A program made the position numbers and the translations under genes. Positions 43,183 to 51,212 of a DNA stretch of 64,000 nt are shown one piece after another (position 1 is the stretch's first letter; the number at the start of each line of letters is the position of its first letter). This DNA is from Dehalococcoidia bacterium. Its GTDB lineage: Bacteria > Chloroflexota > Dehalococcoidia > Lucifugimonadales > UBA1123. The notes under the pieces are model-generated. The model did not search any database. It was not told the DNA's origin and saw only the letters and a list, made by a program, of their open reading frames with translations. The DNA lies in NCBI GenBank assembly GCA_965116405.1, contig OZ220685.1, positions 2,007,751 to 2,071,750 on the forward strand, in the 5' to 3' direction.

Positions 43183-43431
43183 CTAGTCTCCGCTTGCCAA
43201 GCTTGTGATGCTGTCCAAATGCGATTCGATGTAACAGTAGCCGAAGTAATGCACCTCATATTCCGACTTGTCCCTGGTCTCACGGTATATGCGTTTGGGC
43301 TCGAGGCCATTGCTGTCCAAGTACGTCTGCACCTGTTGGTCGTCGCCCGTCCTGTTGTCAGGATCGAACATGAGTAGGACCCGCTGCTCACCCGGCGACA
43401 CGGTAATGGTCTCCATCTTCACTGGGCACAC
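43183..43431 (-). CDS. Small hypothetical protein (about 77-82 aa)
   Basis: The ORF has a non-repetitive, charged composition (…METITVSPGEQRVLLMFDPDNRTGDDQQVQTYLDSNGLEPKRIYRETRDKSEYEVHYFGYCYIESH…) in a lower-GC stretch. GGAGG lies upstream and the start codon is ambiguous. I recognise no family. Confidence 0.35.
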   Translation of the reverse strand: MCPVKMETITVSPGEQRVLLMFDPDNRTGDDQQVQTYLDSNGLEPKRIYRETRDKSEYEVHYFGYCYIESHLDSITSLASGD

Positions 43432-43567
43432 ACCTCCGAGACTTGTGGCCGCATCATATCAAGGAGCGCGCCGGAAATGAAGTGGTCCGACAGCGCAGTT
43501 TGCAATCTCGGAAATCTCGTGCTATCTCTGGGGATACTATTGAAGGTGGTGGTGCACAATCCCAGTT

Positions 43568-44269
43568 ATGGACACACTGAACTTAGTCCAGCTTCTGGCC
43601 GACCGGCTGGGGTTAGAGGTCCCACCGGTGGGTATGACGTTCGTGGATGAGAGGCCGGAAGGCGTAGCGCCCCTGTACAGGGATCCTCCCTCATTCTGTT
43701 CGCTGTGGAGACTGGCAGAGCTTAGAGTCTTCTACGCGACTGCCGAGCAGCACGACGGTTGTGGAATCGGTGGTGTGGTATCGGGATTCAGTTCGTCCGA
43801 GGGGCGCGAGGATGAACTCGCCATGCTCTTGACGGAGTTGTGCGAGGTCGAAGTCGGCACTGCCGAAGAGATTGAGGAGACGGCACGTTTCCGGAGGTCA
43901 AATGGAGGGGCTGTTTATGGTCCCCTGTGGAAGATGCCGATCGAGCCCGATCTCGCACTGATGTGGGCGACACTACCCCAGATGGGCGTGGTGCAGGAAA
44001 TTGTCGGGAAGATCATGTGGCGCAACAACCCGCAGGGAGCAGTGTTTACGCGGCCTGCCTGCGGTGTGCTCCCCATAGCCCATGAGCACCAGAGGACAGC
44101 GCTGTCACTCGGATGCATAGGCATGAGACTCTACACGGAGATGCCAGCGCACCTGTTCCTGGTTGCCATGCCGCCCAGTGAGCTCCCCAGGTTGGAGCAG
44201 GGACTGGAGTCCAGGGACGACATCGGTGAGCGTCTCCAGCACTACGGGGCACGCCTGTCTGGCGGTTGA
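43568..44269 (+). CDS. DUF169-family protein
   Basis: 233 aa. The N-terminus LADRLGLEVPPVGMTFVDERPEGV....FCSLW....F.....GCGIGG matches my memory of DUF169 (COG2043). Confidence 0.55.
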   Translation: MDTLNLVQLLADRLGLEVPPVGMTFVDERPEGVAPLYRDPPSFCSLWRLAELRVFYATAEQHDGCGIGGVVSGFSSSEGREDELAMLLTELCEVEVGTAEEIEETARFRRSNGGAVYGPLWKMPIEPDLALMWATLPQMGVVQEIVGKIMWRNNPQGAVFTRPACGVLPIAHEHQRTALSLGCIGMRLYTEMPAHLFLVAMPPSELPRLEQGLESRDDIGERLQHYGARLSGG

Positions 44270-44362
44270 CGTGGCCGGGAAGTCTCTCGAGTTCTCCAGT
44301 GAGGAGCGGTCGGGGGCGCGTGCTACAATTCTTCGACTTTAACTTTCGGGAGTACAATAGCT

Positions 44363-45355
44363 ATGGCATCAGAAGCAAAGTTCACTGTCTATTCACTGGG
44401 AGCCGGCGAGCACGCTGACACGGTCGAGGAGCTGGATAAGGTTGGCGCTCGACTAATCCCGCTGGAGCGGCTGGAGAGTGAAGACGAGATCATCGAGCAG
44501 ACGAAGGACGCGGACGCGCTGATAGTGACCGAGTCGCCGATCACGAGGCGGGTGCTGTCGTCTCTGGAGAACTGCAAGGCGGTACTCAGGACGGGCGTAG
44601 GGTTCGATTGCATAGACGTTCCAGCCGCGACGGACTGCGGCATCGCGGTGATCAATGTCCCTGATCTGTGGACGCGCGAGGTGGCCAATCAGGCGATGAT
44701 GCTTCTCCTGGCGGCCAACCGGAAGCTACTCGAGCAGGAGTCCAGTGTCCGGGAGGACCGGTGGTCGCCTAGAATCTCGGCGCCGGTGGGCCCACTGCAT
44801 ACCGAGACGGTGGGGGTGGTCGGCCTTGGCCGGATAGGCAGCGCCTTCGCACGGCGCATCAAGGCGTTCGAGGTCGAACTGATTGCGTACGACCCGTTTA
44901 TCTCGGACGAAGGGTTCGAGGCTGTGGGAGCTGAGTCGGTCTCGTTCGACGAGTTGCTGGAGCGCTCGGACTACATCTCGGTACATACGCCTCTGGACGA
45001 GGGCACGTTCCACCTCATAGATGAAGAGGCGCTGCGGAAGATGAAGCCGACGGCCATTCTCATCAACACGTCACGCGGTCCCGTGGTGGATGAGGCGGCG
45101 CTAATCAAGGCCCTACAGGAGGGCTGGATTCTCGGTGCAGGTCTGGACGTGCTGGAGCAGGAACCTCCTGACACCGATAACCCGCTACTGGGCATGAGCA
45201 ACACCGTTCTCACGCCCCACGCCGCCCACTACTCAGAACTGTCGATGGAGCTGCGCCCGAGACGATATGGGGTCGAGGTGGCTGCGGTGCTCGACGGTCG
45301 CAGGCCTATGAACCTTGTCAACGGGCCGGTGCTGGAGGTACTACCACTGAGGTAG
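44363..45355 (+). CDS. D-isomer-specific 2-hydroxyacid dehydrogenase (CtBP/PGDH-like)
   Basis: 330 aa. It has the NAD site VGVVGLGRIGSAFARRI, then INTSRGPVVDE and VLTPHAAHYS. Confidence 0.85.
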   Translation: MASEAKFTVYSLGAGEHADTVEELDKVGARLIPLERLESEDEIIEQTKDADALIVTESPITRRVLSSLENCKAVLRTGVGFDCIDVPAATDCGIAVINVPDLWTREVANQAMMLLLAANRKLLEQESSVREDRWSPRISAPVGPLHTETVGVVGLGRIGSAFARRIKAFEVELIAYDPFISDEGFEAVGAESVSFDELLERSDYISVHTPLDEGTFHLIDEEALRKMKPTAILINTSRGPVVDEAALIKALQEGWILGAGLDVLEQEPPDTDNPLLGMSNTVLTPHAAHYSELSMELRPRRYGVEVAAVLDGRRPMNLVNGPVLEVLPLR

Positions 45356-45363
45356 GAAGAGAA

Positions 45364-45744
45364 ATGGGCACATTCACTGTAGAGATAGAGGTCGGTGACC
45401 GGGCAAGTGGTAGGTTCGAGCCGGTTGAGGCGTTGGTTGATACGGGCGCCACCTATTCATTGATACCCGCGTCGCTTCTTGACAGCTTGGGGATAGTCCC
45501 TGCCGCTCAGATGAATTTCATCCTTGCGGATGGACAGCGAATAGAGCGTGATGTTGGCGAGGCTTCGCTACGGATTCTGGGCTCGACTTTCCACAGTCCA
45601 GTCGTGTTCGCCAACGAGGACTCGAACGTTCTTCTGGGTGCAGTCACGCTTCAGATATTTGGGCTCGGAGTGGACCCATTGAACGAGCGTCTTGTACCTG
45701 TCGACGGTCTGTTAGTAAGCCCAATTCTCATTGAGGACGACTGA
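45364..45744 (+). CDS. Retropepsin-like (clan AA) aspartic protease domain protein
   Basis: 126 aa. It has the ALVDTGATYSLIP active-site-type motif and a single-domain size. Confidence 0.7.
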   Translation: MGTFTVEIEVGDRASGRFEPVEALVDTGATYSLIPASLLDSLGIVPAAQMNFILADGQRIERDVGEASLRILGSTFHSPVVFANEDSNVLLGAVTLQIFGLGVDPLNERLVPVDGLLVSPILIEDD

Positions 45745-45747
45745 GCG

Positions 45748-46251
45748 CTACTTGATCTCCATCTGGTCGCCGTCGAAGGTGATGGACCTGGAGCGGTGAC
45801 TCAGGACGGCCTTCCTGAAGTGACGGAGTTCGACTCGTAGTTCGTCCAGCCTGCGGGCGGCCTCTGTCTGGAACCTGCTCGCGGCTGACTGCCGGGCCAT
45901 ACGCCCCCACAGACCGCGTTGCGGCATCTGCTTGAGCAGGTCGCCGAACTCCTCCATGAACGGCCCAAACGCCCTGATCGAGAGATCGGGCATGGGCGTG
46001 TCATCTGCCGGGTCGGCGAAGTACATGCTGAACGCGATCTCGGACTCGTTCAGGAACGTGATGTCCAGAAGCAGGGACGGCTGGGGCTGGCCTTCGAACA
46101 TCTCGCCGCCGTCCTCGACTCCCCTGGCTGCATCCCGCACAGAGGCCTGTATAACCCTGAGCGTCCTGGAAACGTAGGAGACAGGGAGCGCGCGGGACTC
46201 GACAACAAGGATCAGGCAGTATTCGGAGGTCGCGATGCTTTCGGATGCCAT
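45748..46251 (-). CDS. Hypothetical protein directly downstream of selB
   Basis: 167-aa ORF starting 9 nt after the selB stop on the same strand. I recognise no motif. Confidence 0.45.
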   Translation of the reverse strand: MASESIATSEYCLILVVESRALPVSYVSRTLRVIQASVRDAARGVEDGGEMFEGQPQPSLLLDITFLNESEIAFSMYFADPADDTPMPDLSIRAFGPFMEEFGDLLKQMPQRGLWGRMARQSAASRFQTEAARRLDELRVELRHFRKAVLSHRSRSITFDGDQMEIK

Positions 46252-46260
46252 GGGAGGCCC

Positions 46261-48123
46261 TTACCTGAGTACGCGTACGTCGCCGACTCGGCGCGTGATT
46301 CGCACGTGGTCGAGGTGGTCCATCAGCGCGAGAGCGTACTTGCGGCTGGTGCCGAACAGGTCCCTTACGTCGGCCACGGTGATCTCGCCACGCTCGGACA
46401 GGTGTCCGGTTATCCCATCCACCATCTGCTGGTAGGCCGATGATGCGAAGACGACGGACTCGCTGACCTTAACGACCTGCCCCTCCGCGTCCAGCAGGTT
46501 CACGACTTCGGGGTCGATTGGGAAGTCTGTGGGGGGAGAGAACGGGTCCGAACTGAGCTGGCGCAGGTACTCGTCGACGGTCTCCTTCTGAGAGTCGCCT
46601 AGACTGGGGGAGTGATTGGGCAGCCTGACGGTGGACCCCTGCTCGACGGTGATGCCACCCCTGTTAAGAAGGTTAAGAACGTCGTTGAAGACCTGTGGAG
46701 TGAGTCGCAGCCTCGACCTCAGCTCCTCCTTTGGCGCTGCGAGGCGCAGCGGGAACTGGCGGTGGTAGTCGCCCAGGGCGGCGCGCGTTCGGTCCTCCAG
46801 AGCGCGCCATCCGCCTGCGGTGTAGAACCTGGTGGCCTGTGTGATCCCGCCGCTTCCGAGGATGACCACCTGGTTGTCCTCGATCATCCCCTGCAGTTCG
46901 GTTCGGGCAGTCTCGCCATTGAGATTGGCACGATTGACCACGGCTCGGAACTCTGCGGGCTCGATGCCTTCGATGGTCTTTAGCAGCACGTCCCGGTCGG
47001 AGCCGCGCTCCATGATCTCAAGTCGTTCGATTGTCGGGATGTGACGACGCCTGGGACGTGGCGCGTGGGTGTCTACTATGTTGCCGCCCCCGAGGGTCGT
47101 CATGTTGGACCTAATGACGAAGTAGTCGCCCTTGGCGATTGCCACGGGGGAGTCCAACTTAAGCTGCGCCCAGGTCGTGTCGCCCGGATGGGCGCGGTCG
47201 CCTTCGAACAGTCTCAGTCGCGCGACAGACTCGCTGGAGCCCGTGTGCACGGTCACGTACATGTTGTGACGTAGCTGATTTGGCGCGTCTTCCAGGACGC
47301 GCAGGTGAACGTCGAACGCTGTAGAGGGCCTGAGCCAGCCAGGACTGGTAAGCACCTCTCCGCGATACACGTCGTCCTGTGACACGCCGATGAGGTTAGC
47401 GGCCACGCGTGTACCGGGTTCGGCGCGGTCAACCTTGTGGCGATGTGTCTGGAGTCCGCGTACGCGGGTGCGTTGCCCGGCGACGGTCAGCTCGACGTCC
47501 TGGCCGGTCTCCAGGTGTCCGTCGATCAGGGTGCCGGTTACCACTGTGCCGAAGCCCGTCAGGGTGAAGGCGCGGTCTATCGGCAGCCTGGGACGGGCGA
47601 GGTCTCGCTTGGCTGGAATGTCCTCGACCATCGTCGAGATAGCGGCAATCAGTTCAGGCAATCCCTCGCCGGTGTGCGCTGACACTGGCATGATCTGCGC
47701 GCCTTCGAGTGCAGTACCTTCCAGAGTGCCTTCAACGTCTGCCATGACGAGTTCTATCCACTCGTCGTCAACGAGGTCTCTCTTGGTAAGGGCAACCAGT
47801 CCTCGAGGTATCTGGAGCAGGTCGAGGATGGCGAGGTGTTCGCGAGTCTGGGGCATGACCGACTCGTCGGCGGCCACTACCAGCAGAGCGATGTCGATTC
47901 CGCCGACACCCGCGAGCATGTTGTTCACGAAGCGCTCGTGGCCGGGGACATCGACGATGCTGACCTCGTTGCCTGACGGCAGCTGGAGCCACGCAAAGCC
48001 GAGGTCAATCGTCAGACCCCGCTCCTTCTCCTCAGCGAGACGGTCTGGGTCGATACCCGTGAGGGCCTCTACGAGAGTCGATTTGCCGTGATCGACGTGT
48101 CCTGCTGTACCAACGACAAACAT
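46261..48123 (-). CDS. selB: Selenocysteine-specific translation elongation factor SelB
   Basis: 620 aa. The GTPase N-terminus is VVGTAGHVDHGKSTLVEALTG...DVPGHERF...TKRD, followed by EF-Tu-like domains II and III. A long C-terminal winged-helix extension ends ...VRDLFGTSRKYALALMDHLDHVRITRRVGDVRVLR, typical of bacterial SelB. Confidence 0.9.
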   Translation of the reverse strand: MFVVGTAGHVDHGKSTLVEALTGIDPDRLAEEKERGLTIDLGFAWLQLPSGNEVSIVDVPGHERFVNNMLAGVGGIDIALLVVAADESVMPQTREHLAILDLLQIPRGLVALTKRDLVDDEWIELVMADVEGTLEGTALEGAQIMPVSAHTGEGLPELIAAISTMVEDIPAKRDLARPRLPIDRAFTLTGFGTVVTGTLIDGHLETGQDVELTVAGQRTRVRGLQTHRHKVDRAEPGTRVAANLIGVSQDDVYRGEVLTSPGWLRPSTAFDVHLRVLEDAPNQLRHNMYVTVHTGSSESVARLRLFEGDRAHPGDTTWAQLKLDSPVAIAKGDYFVIRSNMTTLGGGNIVDTHAPRPRRRHIPTIERLEIMERGSDRDVLLKTIEGIEPAEFRAVVNRANLNGETARTELQGMIEDNQVVILGSGGITQATRFYTAGGWRALEDRTRAALGDYHRQFPLRLAAPKEELRSRLRLTPQVFNDVLNLLNRGGITVEQGSTVRLPNHSPSLGDSQKETVDEYLRQLSSDPFSPPTDFPIDPEVVNLLDAEGQVVKVSESVVFASSAYQQMVDGITGHLSERGEITVADVRDLFGTSRKYALALMDHLDHVRITRRVGDVRVLR

Positions 48124-48146
48124 TACGAACCGCGCATTTAGAATGT

Positions 48147-48201
48147 AGAATTGTGAAGAGCGGATGGACCAGCTTCGCTATTCTATATCATTCACAATTC
48201 T
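48147..48201. promoter_or_regulatory. 11-bp perfect inverted repeat in the selB/ugd divergent intergenic region
   Basis: AGAATTGTGAA (48147-48157) and TTCACAATTCT (48191-48201) are separated by 33 nt in an AT-rich spacer. The repeat ends 24 nt before the ugd start. Confidence 0.4.
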
Positions 48202-48225
48202 CTAATCCCCTGGAGGGCGAAGGAT

Positions 48226-49581
48226 TTGAAGATAACCGTTGTAGGACTTGGATACGTTGGTACCGTCGCGGCTGCTGCTCTCGCCGGTACAGGCCACGAT
48301 GTGCTTGGAATCGATATCGACCCGGGTCGAACCGAACTGTTGAGCAAGGGCGAGGTGCCCTTATACGAGCCGGGGCTCGAAGAGCGCATAGTCGCGGGGC
48401 TTGGTTCGGGCACGCTTCGGTTCCTTCATCGCGACGACGTTGCCGAGCCGCTTCGGGATATCGCGCTGATCGCTACCGGCACGCCTCCGACCCACGGGGG
48501 CGGAGCCGACCTTCACCAGGTCAGATCTGCGGTGAGTTGGGTCAGGTCGAAGGTTTCGAGCGGTCTGACCGTCGTGATGAAGAGCACCGTCCCTCCAGGA
48601 ACGGGCCGGAAGCTGTTGGATACCGAACTCAGCGGCACGTCCATCAAGTATGCGTCCAACCCGGAGTTCCTGCGCGAGGGCCGCGCAGTCGATGACTGGG
48701 AGAAGCCGGACCGGATCGTCATCGGAGTCGAGCCGGATGACGCGCGTTCTGTTGAAACCGTCCAGCGCATGTACACGGGTATTGATGCGCCATGCATGGT
48801 CACGGACATCACGAGCGCGGAGATGATCAAGTACGCCAGCAACGCGTTTCTCGCTACGAGAATCTCCTTCATAAACGAGATCGCGTCCCTGTGCGACACC
48901 GTCGGGGCGTCAATCGACGACGTCAGCGACGGGATGGCGATGGACTCCAGAACAGGAGCGAGGATCCACGCCGGAGTGGGCTATGGCGGGTCGTGTTTCC
49001 CTAAGGACGTTCGCGCGCTCGACCATCTCGCTCTAACCAGCGGTGCAAGCGTCGACCTTCTGAGGTCGGTAATCAACACGAACAACAGGCAGCGGCTGCT
49101 GCCTCTTCACGCCCTCCGGCAGAGGTTCGGTGGCGCGATCGACGGCCTGCGGGTCGGCATACTCGGCCTGGCGTTCAAGCCCGGCACCGACGACGTGCGG
49201 GATGCCCCGTCGCTCGACCTCATACGTGCCCTGGTTGACGAGGGCGCGGAGGTGCAGGCGTACGACCCGGAGGCTATTGAGTCTGCGCGTCCAAACCTGC
49301 CGCCGTCGGTGCAGCTAGTCGACGGGGTCGAGGAGGCGGCAAACAGGACACAGGCGCTGGTACTGCTGACGGAGTGGGACTCGATCGTCCAGTCCGATTG
49401 GCGCGTCGTATCTCGTTGCATGGTTCCCCCGCGACTGGTGTTCGACGGCAGGAACGCGCTTGAACCCTCAGAAATGAGCAGGCTTGGATTCGAGTACGTC
49501 GGAGTGGGCAGGGGGCCAGTCCGTGGAGCCATCCAGGACGGCGCTTCACCCTGGTCGGCCACGCAGGGATTGGCAGTCTGA
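48226..49581 (+). CDS. ugd: UDP-glucose/GDP-mannose dehydrogenase family protein (UDP-glucose 6-dehydrogenase-like)
   Basis: 451 aa with a TTG start. Motifs are KITVVGLGYVGTVAAAALAGTGHDV, the catalytic GYGGSCFPKD, and GLAFKPGTDDVRD. Confidence 0.85.
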   Translation: MKITVVGLGYVGTVAAAALAGTGHDVLGIDIDPGRTELLSKGEVPLYEPGLEERIVAGLGSGTLRFLHRDDVAEPLRDIALIATGTPPTHGGGADLHQVRSAVSWVRSKVSSGLTVVMKSTVPPGTGRKLLDTELSGTSIKYASNPEFLREGRAVDDWEKPDRIVIGVEPDDARSVETVQRMYTGIDAPCMVTDITSAEMIKYASNAFLATRISFINEIASLCDTVGASIDDVSDGMAMDSRTGARIHAGVGYGGSCFPKDVRALDHLALTSGASVDLLRSVINTNNRQRLLPLHALRQRFGGAIDGLRVGILGLAFKPGTDDVRDAPSLDLIRALVDEGAEVQAYDPEAIESARPNLPPSVQLVDGVEEAANRTQALVLLTEWDSIVQSDWRVVSRCMVPPRLVFDGRNALEPSEMSRLGFEYVGVGRGPVRGAIQDGASPWSATQGLAV

Positions 49582-49609
49582 AGGCGACTCAAAGTCTAGC
49601 GACGGCTAA

Positions 49610-49852
49610 TCAAGCTGTAACCTTGATCCTCTCGTAAAGGAACTCTGGGGCAAAGTCCGCGCCGTTCGGCCAGACGACGGTCTTCAGTTCTGGGTGGATT
49701 TCGAACTGCTGGAAGTACTCGAGCTCCTGGAGCGGTTCGAAGACCGGGCCGAATAGTCGATCGGACAGGTCGACTTCTCCGGCTGTTCCATCCTCAAACC
49801 GCAGCCAAATCGCGAATTCGTCCACGTAGCGGGCCTCTACGATGTTGAACAT
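49610..49852 (-). CDS. DUF2442-domain protein
   Basis: 80 aa. The pattern ...VEARYVDEFAIWLRFEDGTAGEVDLS...VWPNGADFAPEFLY is the family pattern as I recall it. Confidence 0.6.
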   Translation of the reverse strand: MFNIVEARYVDEFAIWLRFEDGTAGEVDLSDRLFGPVFEPLQELEYFQQFEIHPELKTVVWPNGADFAPEFLYERIKVTA

Positions 49853-49858
49853 GTCTGC

Positions 49859-50116
49859 CTACTCCAAGGGTGGAATTCGATGCATCGGGGAATGGTCCTC
49901 CGCAGCCTGCCAGTTCGCCAAGAGTTCATCACGATGGATTTCAAGCCATTCTAGCACGAGACCTCGAGCTCGCCTCGGAAAGTCTCCCTCAACAGCACCG
50001 TCGGCGATCCTGATCGTCGCTTCCGATCCTCCATACTTGGCGTGAAAGTGAGGCGGAGGGTGGTCATCGTAATAGATCGCGATGATGATGCCAAAGAATC
50101 GGCTCAATTCGGGCAT
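49859..50116 (-). CDS. DUF4160-domain protein
   Basis: 85 aa. It starts MPELSRFFGIIIAIYYDDHPPPHFHAKYG, the hallmark N-terminus of DUF4160. It lies 6 nt upstream of the DUF2442 gene. Confidence 0.65.
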   Translation of the reverse strand: MPELSRFFGIIIAIYYDDHPPPHFHAKYGGSEATIRIADGAVEGDFPRRARGLVLEWLEIHRDELLANWQAAEDHSPMHRIPPLE

Positions 50117-50156
50117 GGGTGGAACTGCGCCTGGAAGCCGGAGGAGGGAATTAAGG

Positions 50157-50233
50157 TGGCGACCCCGACCGGATTCGAACCGGCGATCTCTGCCTTGACA
50201 GGGCAGTATGTTAAACCGCTACACCACGGGGCC
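50157..50233 (-). tRNA. tRNA-Asp (anticodon GTC), CCA encoded
   Basis: The reverse complement is GGCCCCGTGGTGTAGCGGTTTAACATACTGCCCTGTCAAGGCAGAGATCGCCGGTTCGAATCCGGTCGGGGTCGCCA. The anticodon loop is CTGTCAA. Confidence 0.95.
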
Positions 50234-50245
50234 GCGTGACAAAGA

Positions 50246-50274
50246 ATTGTAGCGGCGTGTTTCTCGCAGGTCAA
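50246..50274 (-). promoter_or_regulatory. Candidate promoter of tRNA-Asp
   Basis: On the minus strand: TTGACC (50274-50269), a 17-nt spacer, then TACAAT (50251-50246), 12 nt upstream of the mature 5' end. Confidence 0.55.
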
Positions 50275-50333
50275 CGCGAATCGGCCAAGCGAACCTGTGC
50301 CAGATTGATGGTAGATCCAGAAAGCCACCGTCA

Positions 50334-50373
50334 TTCGACAGGCTCAGGACGAACGGATACGGGCAAGATGCCC
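50334..50373. repeat. REP-like remnant (family 3 half-copy plus GGGCAAGATGCCC hairpin)
   Basis: TTCGACAGGCTCAGGACGAACGG resembles the right arm of the element at 689-758. A small hairpin GGGCA-AGA-TGCCC follows (50361-50373). Confidence 0.45.
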
Positions 50374-50516
50374 GCGCTCCAAATTGGGGCGTCAACCAAT
50401 CCGGGACGGGCTTGACACGGTTCCTGTAAGCGGACGCCCCCTGTTAGACCCTGATATACTTGTCCCCCGTAGAAACTTCCCCCTCACACTTGTCGTGTGG
50501 GACTTAAGGAGCCTTA

Positions 50517-51197
50517 ATGGCACTTGATCGGGCGCGTGCTCAGAGCGCGAGCGAGGAACACGAACTGGTAGCACTGCTGAGGCGTCAGGGTATGAGTTGC
50601 GTGCTGCTGTCGTCGGACGAAGATCTCGTCGCGCTGGACGATGGTACCGGGGAAGGTCCGCAACTGGTGCTGCTCGATACTGCATACATGACCTCGATGG
50701 AGATCACATCCTGCCTCCAGGCCTGTGAGGAGTACGAGTCATACACGATTGCCCTGGTCCCTCGCAGTCGGGTGCCGGCCCTCGACGTAACGTTCCGGCT
50801 AACCGACTTCATAGTCAGCCCACCTGACCCGGACGAACTGGTCGTACGCGCACAGAGGGCGCTCAGGTCCGGGGAGCAGGAGGCCGAAGAAGACAGCCAC
50901 ATCATCCGGGCCGGTGACCTTCAGATCGATACTTCTAGCTATGAAGTTACGATCAAGGGCGACAGGGTTGGCCTGCGCTTCAAAGAGTACGAGCTGCTCA
51001 AGCTGCTGGCTGAGAACCCAGGTCGGGTATTCTCCAGGGATGCTCTGCTCAACCAGATCTGGGGGTACGAGTACTTCGGAGGCACGCGAACTGTCGACGT
51101 TCACATTCGCAGACTGAGGAGCAAGATAGAGGACGCCGACCACAACTTCATCGAGACGATCTGGAACGTTGGTTACAGGTTCAGGGAGTCCAACTAG
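50517..51197 (+). CDS. OmpR/PhoB-type winged-helix regulator with a degenerate (atypical) receiver domain
   Basis: 226 aa. The C-terminus is a clear wHTH (LRFKEYELLKLL...TVDVHIRRLRSKIE...IETIWNVGYRF). The N-terminal domain retains LVLLD but lacks the N-terminal acidic pair and has S where the conserved Lys normally sits (DFIVSPP). The SD TAAGGAG precedes the ATG. No kinase gene is adjacent. Confidence 0.75.
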   Translation: MALDRARAQSASEEHELVALLRRQGMSCVLLSSDEDLVALDDGTGEGPQLVLLDTAYMTSMEITSCLQACEEYESYTIALVPRSRVPALDVTFRLTDFIVSPPDPDELVVRAQRALRSGEQEAEEDSHIIRAGDLQIDTSSYEVTIKGDRVGLRFKEYELLKLLAENPGRVFSRDALLNQIWGYEYFGGTRTVDVHIRRLRSKIEDADHNFIETIWNVGYRFRESN

Positions 51198-51212
51198 ACA
51201 GGGGAGCGAAAC

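Noticed and set aside
43131-43186. The 11-nt direct repeat CTAGTCTCCGC (43133-43143 and 43175-43185) upstream of rpoB, considered as an operator pair.
   Set aside because: There are only two short copies, one of which overlaps the 3' end of the small ORF, and there is no palindromic symmetry. The evidence is too weak for a separate regulatory feature, so it is mentioned only under the rpoB finding.
44267-44365. The DUF169 gene and the following dehydrogenase are in the same frame across a 93-nt gap that begins with TGA.
   Set aside because: A second in-frame TGA occurs 11 codons later. The translated spacer is not protein-like, and both flanking proteins look complete.
48124-48225. A search for tRNA-Sec (selC) next to selB and elsewhere, looking for CTTCAAA/TTTGAAG anticodon-loop contexts.
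   Set aside because: The only TTTGAAG near selB is the ugd start region, which is AT-rich and does not fold as a tRNA. Other hits lie inside CDSs or are T-loops of ordinary tRNAs. selC is presumably elsewhere in the genome.
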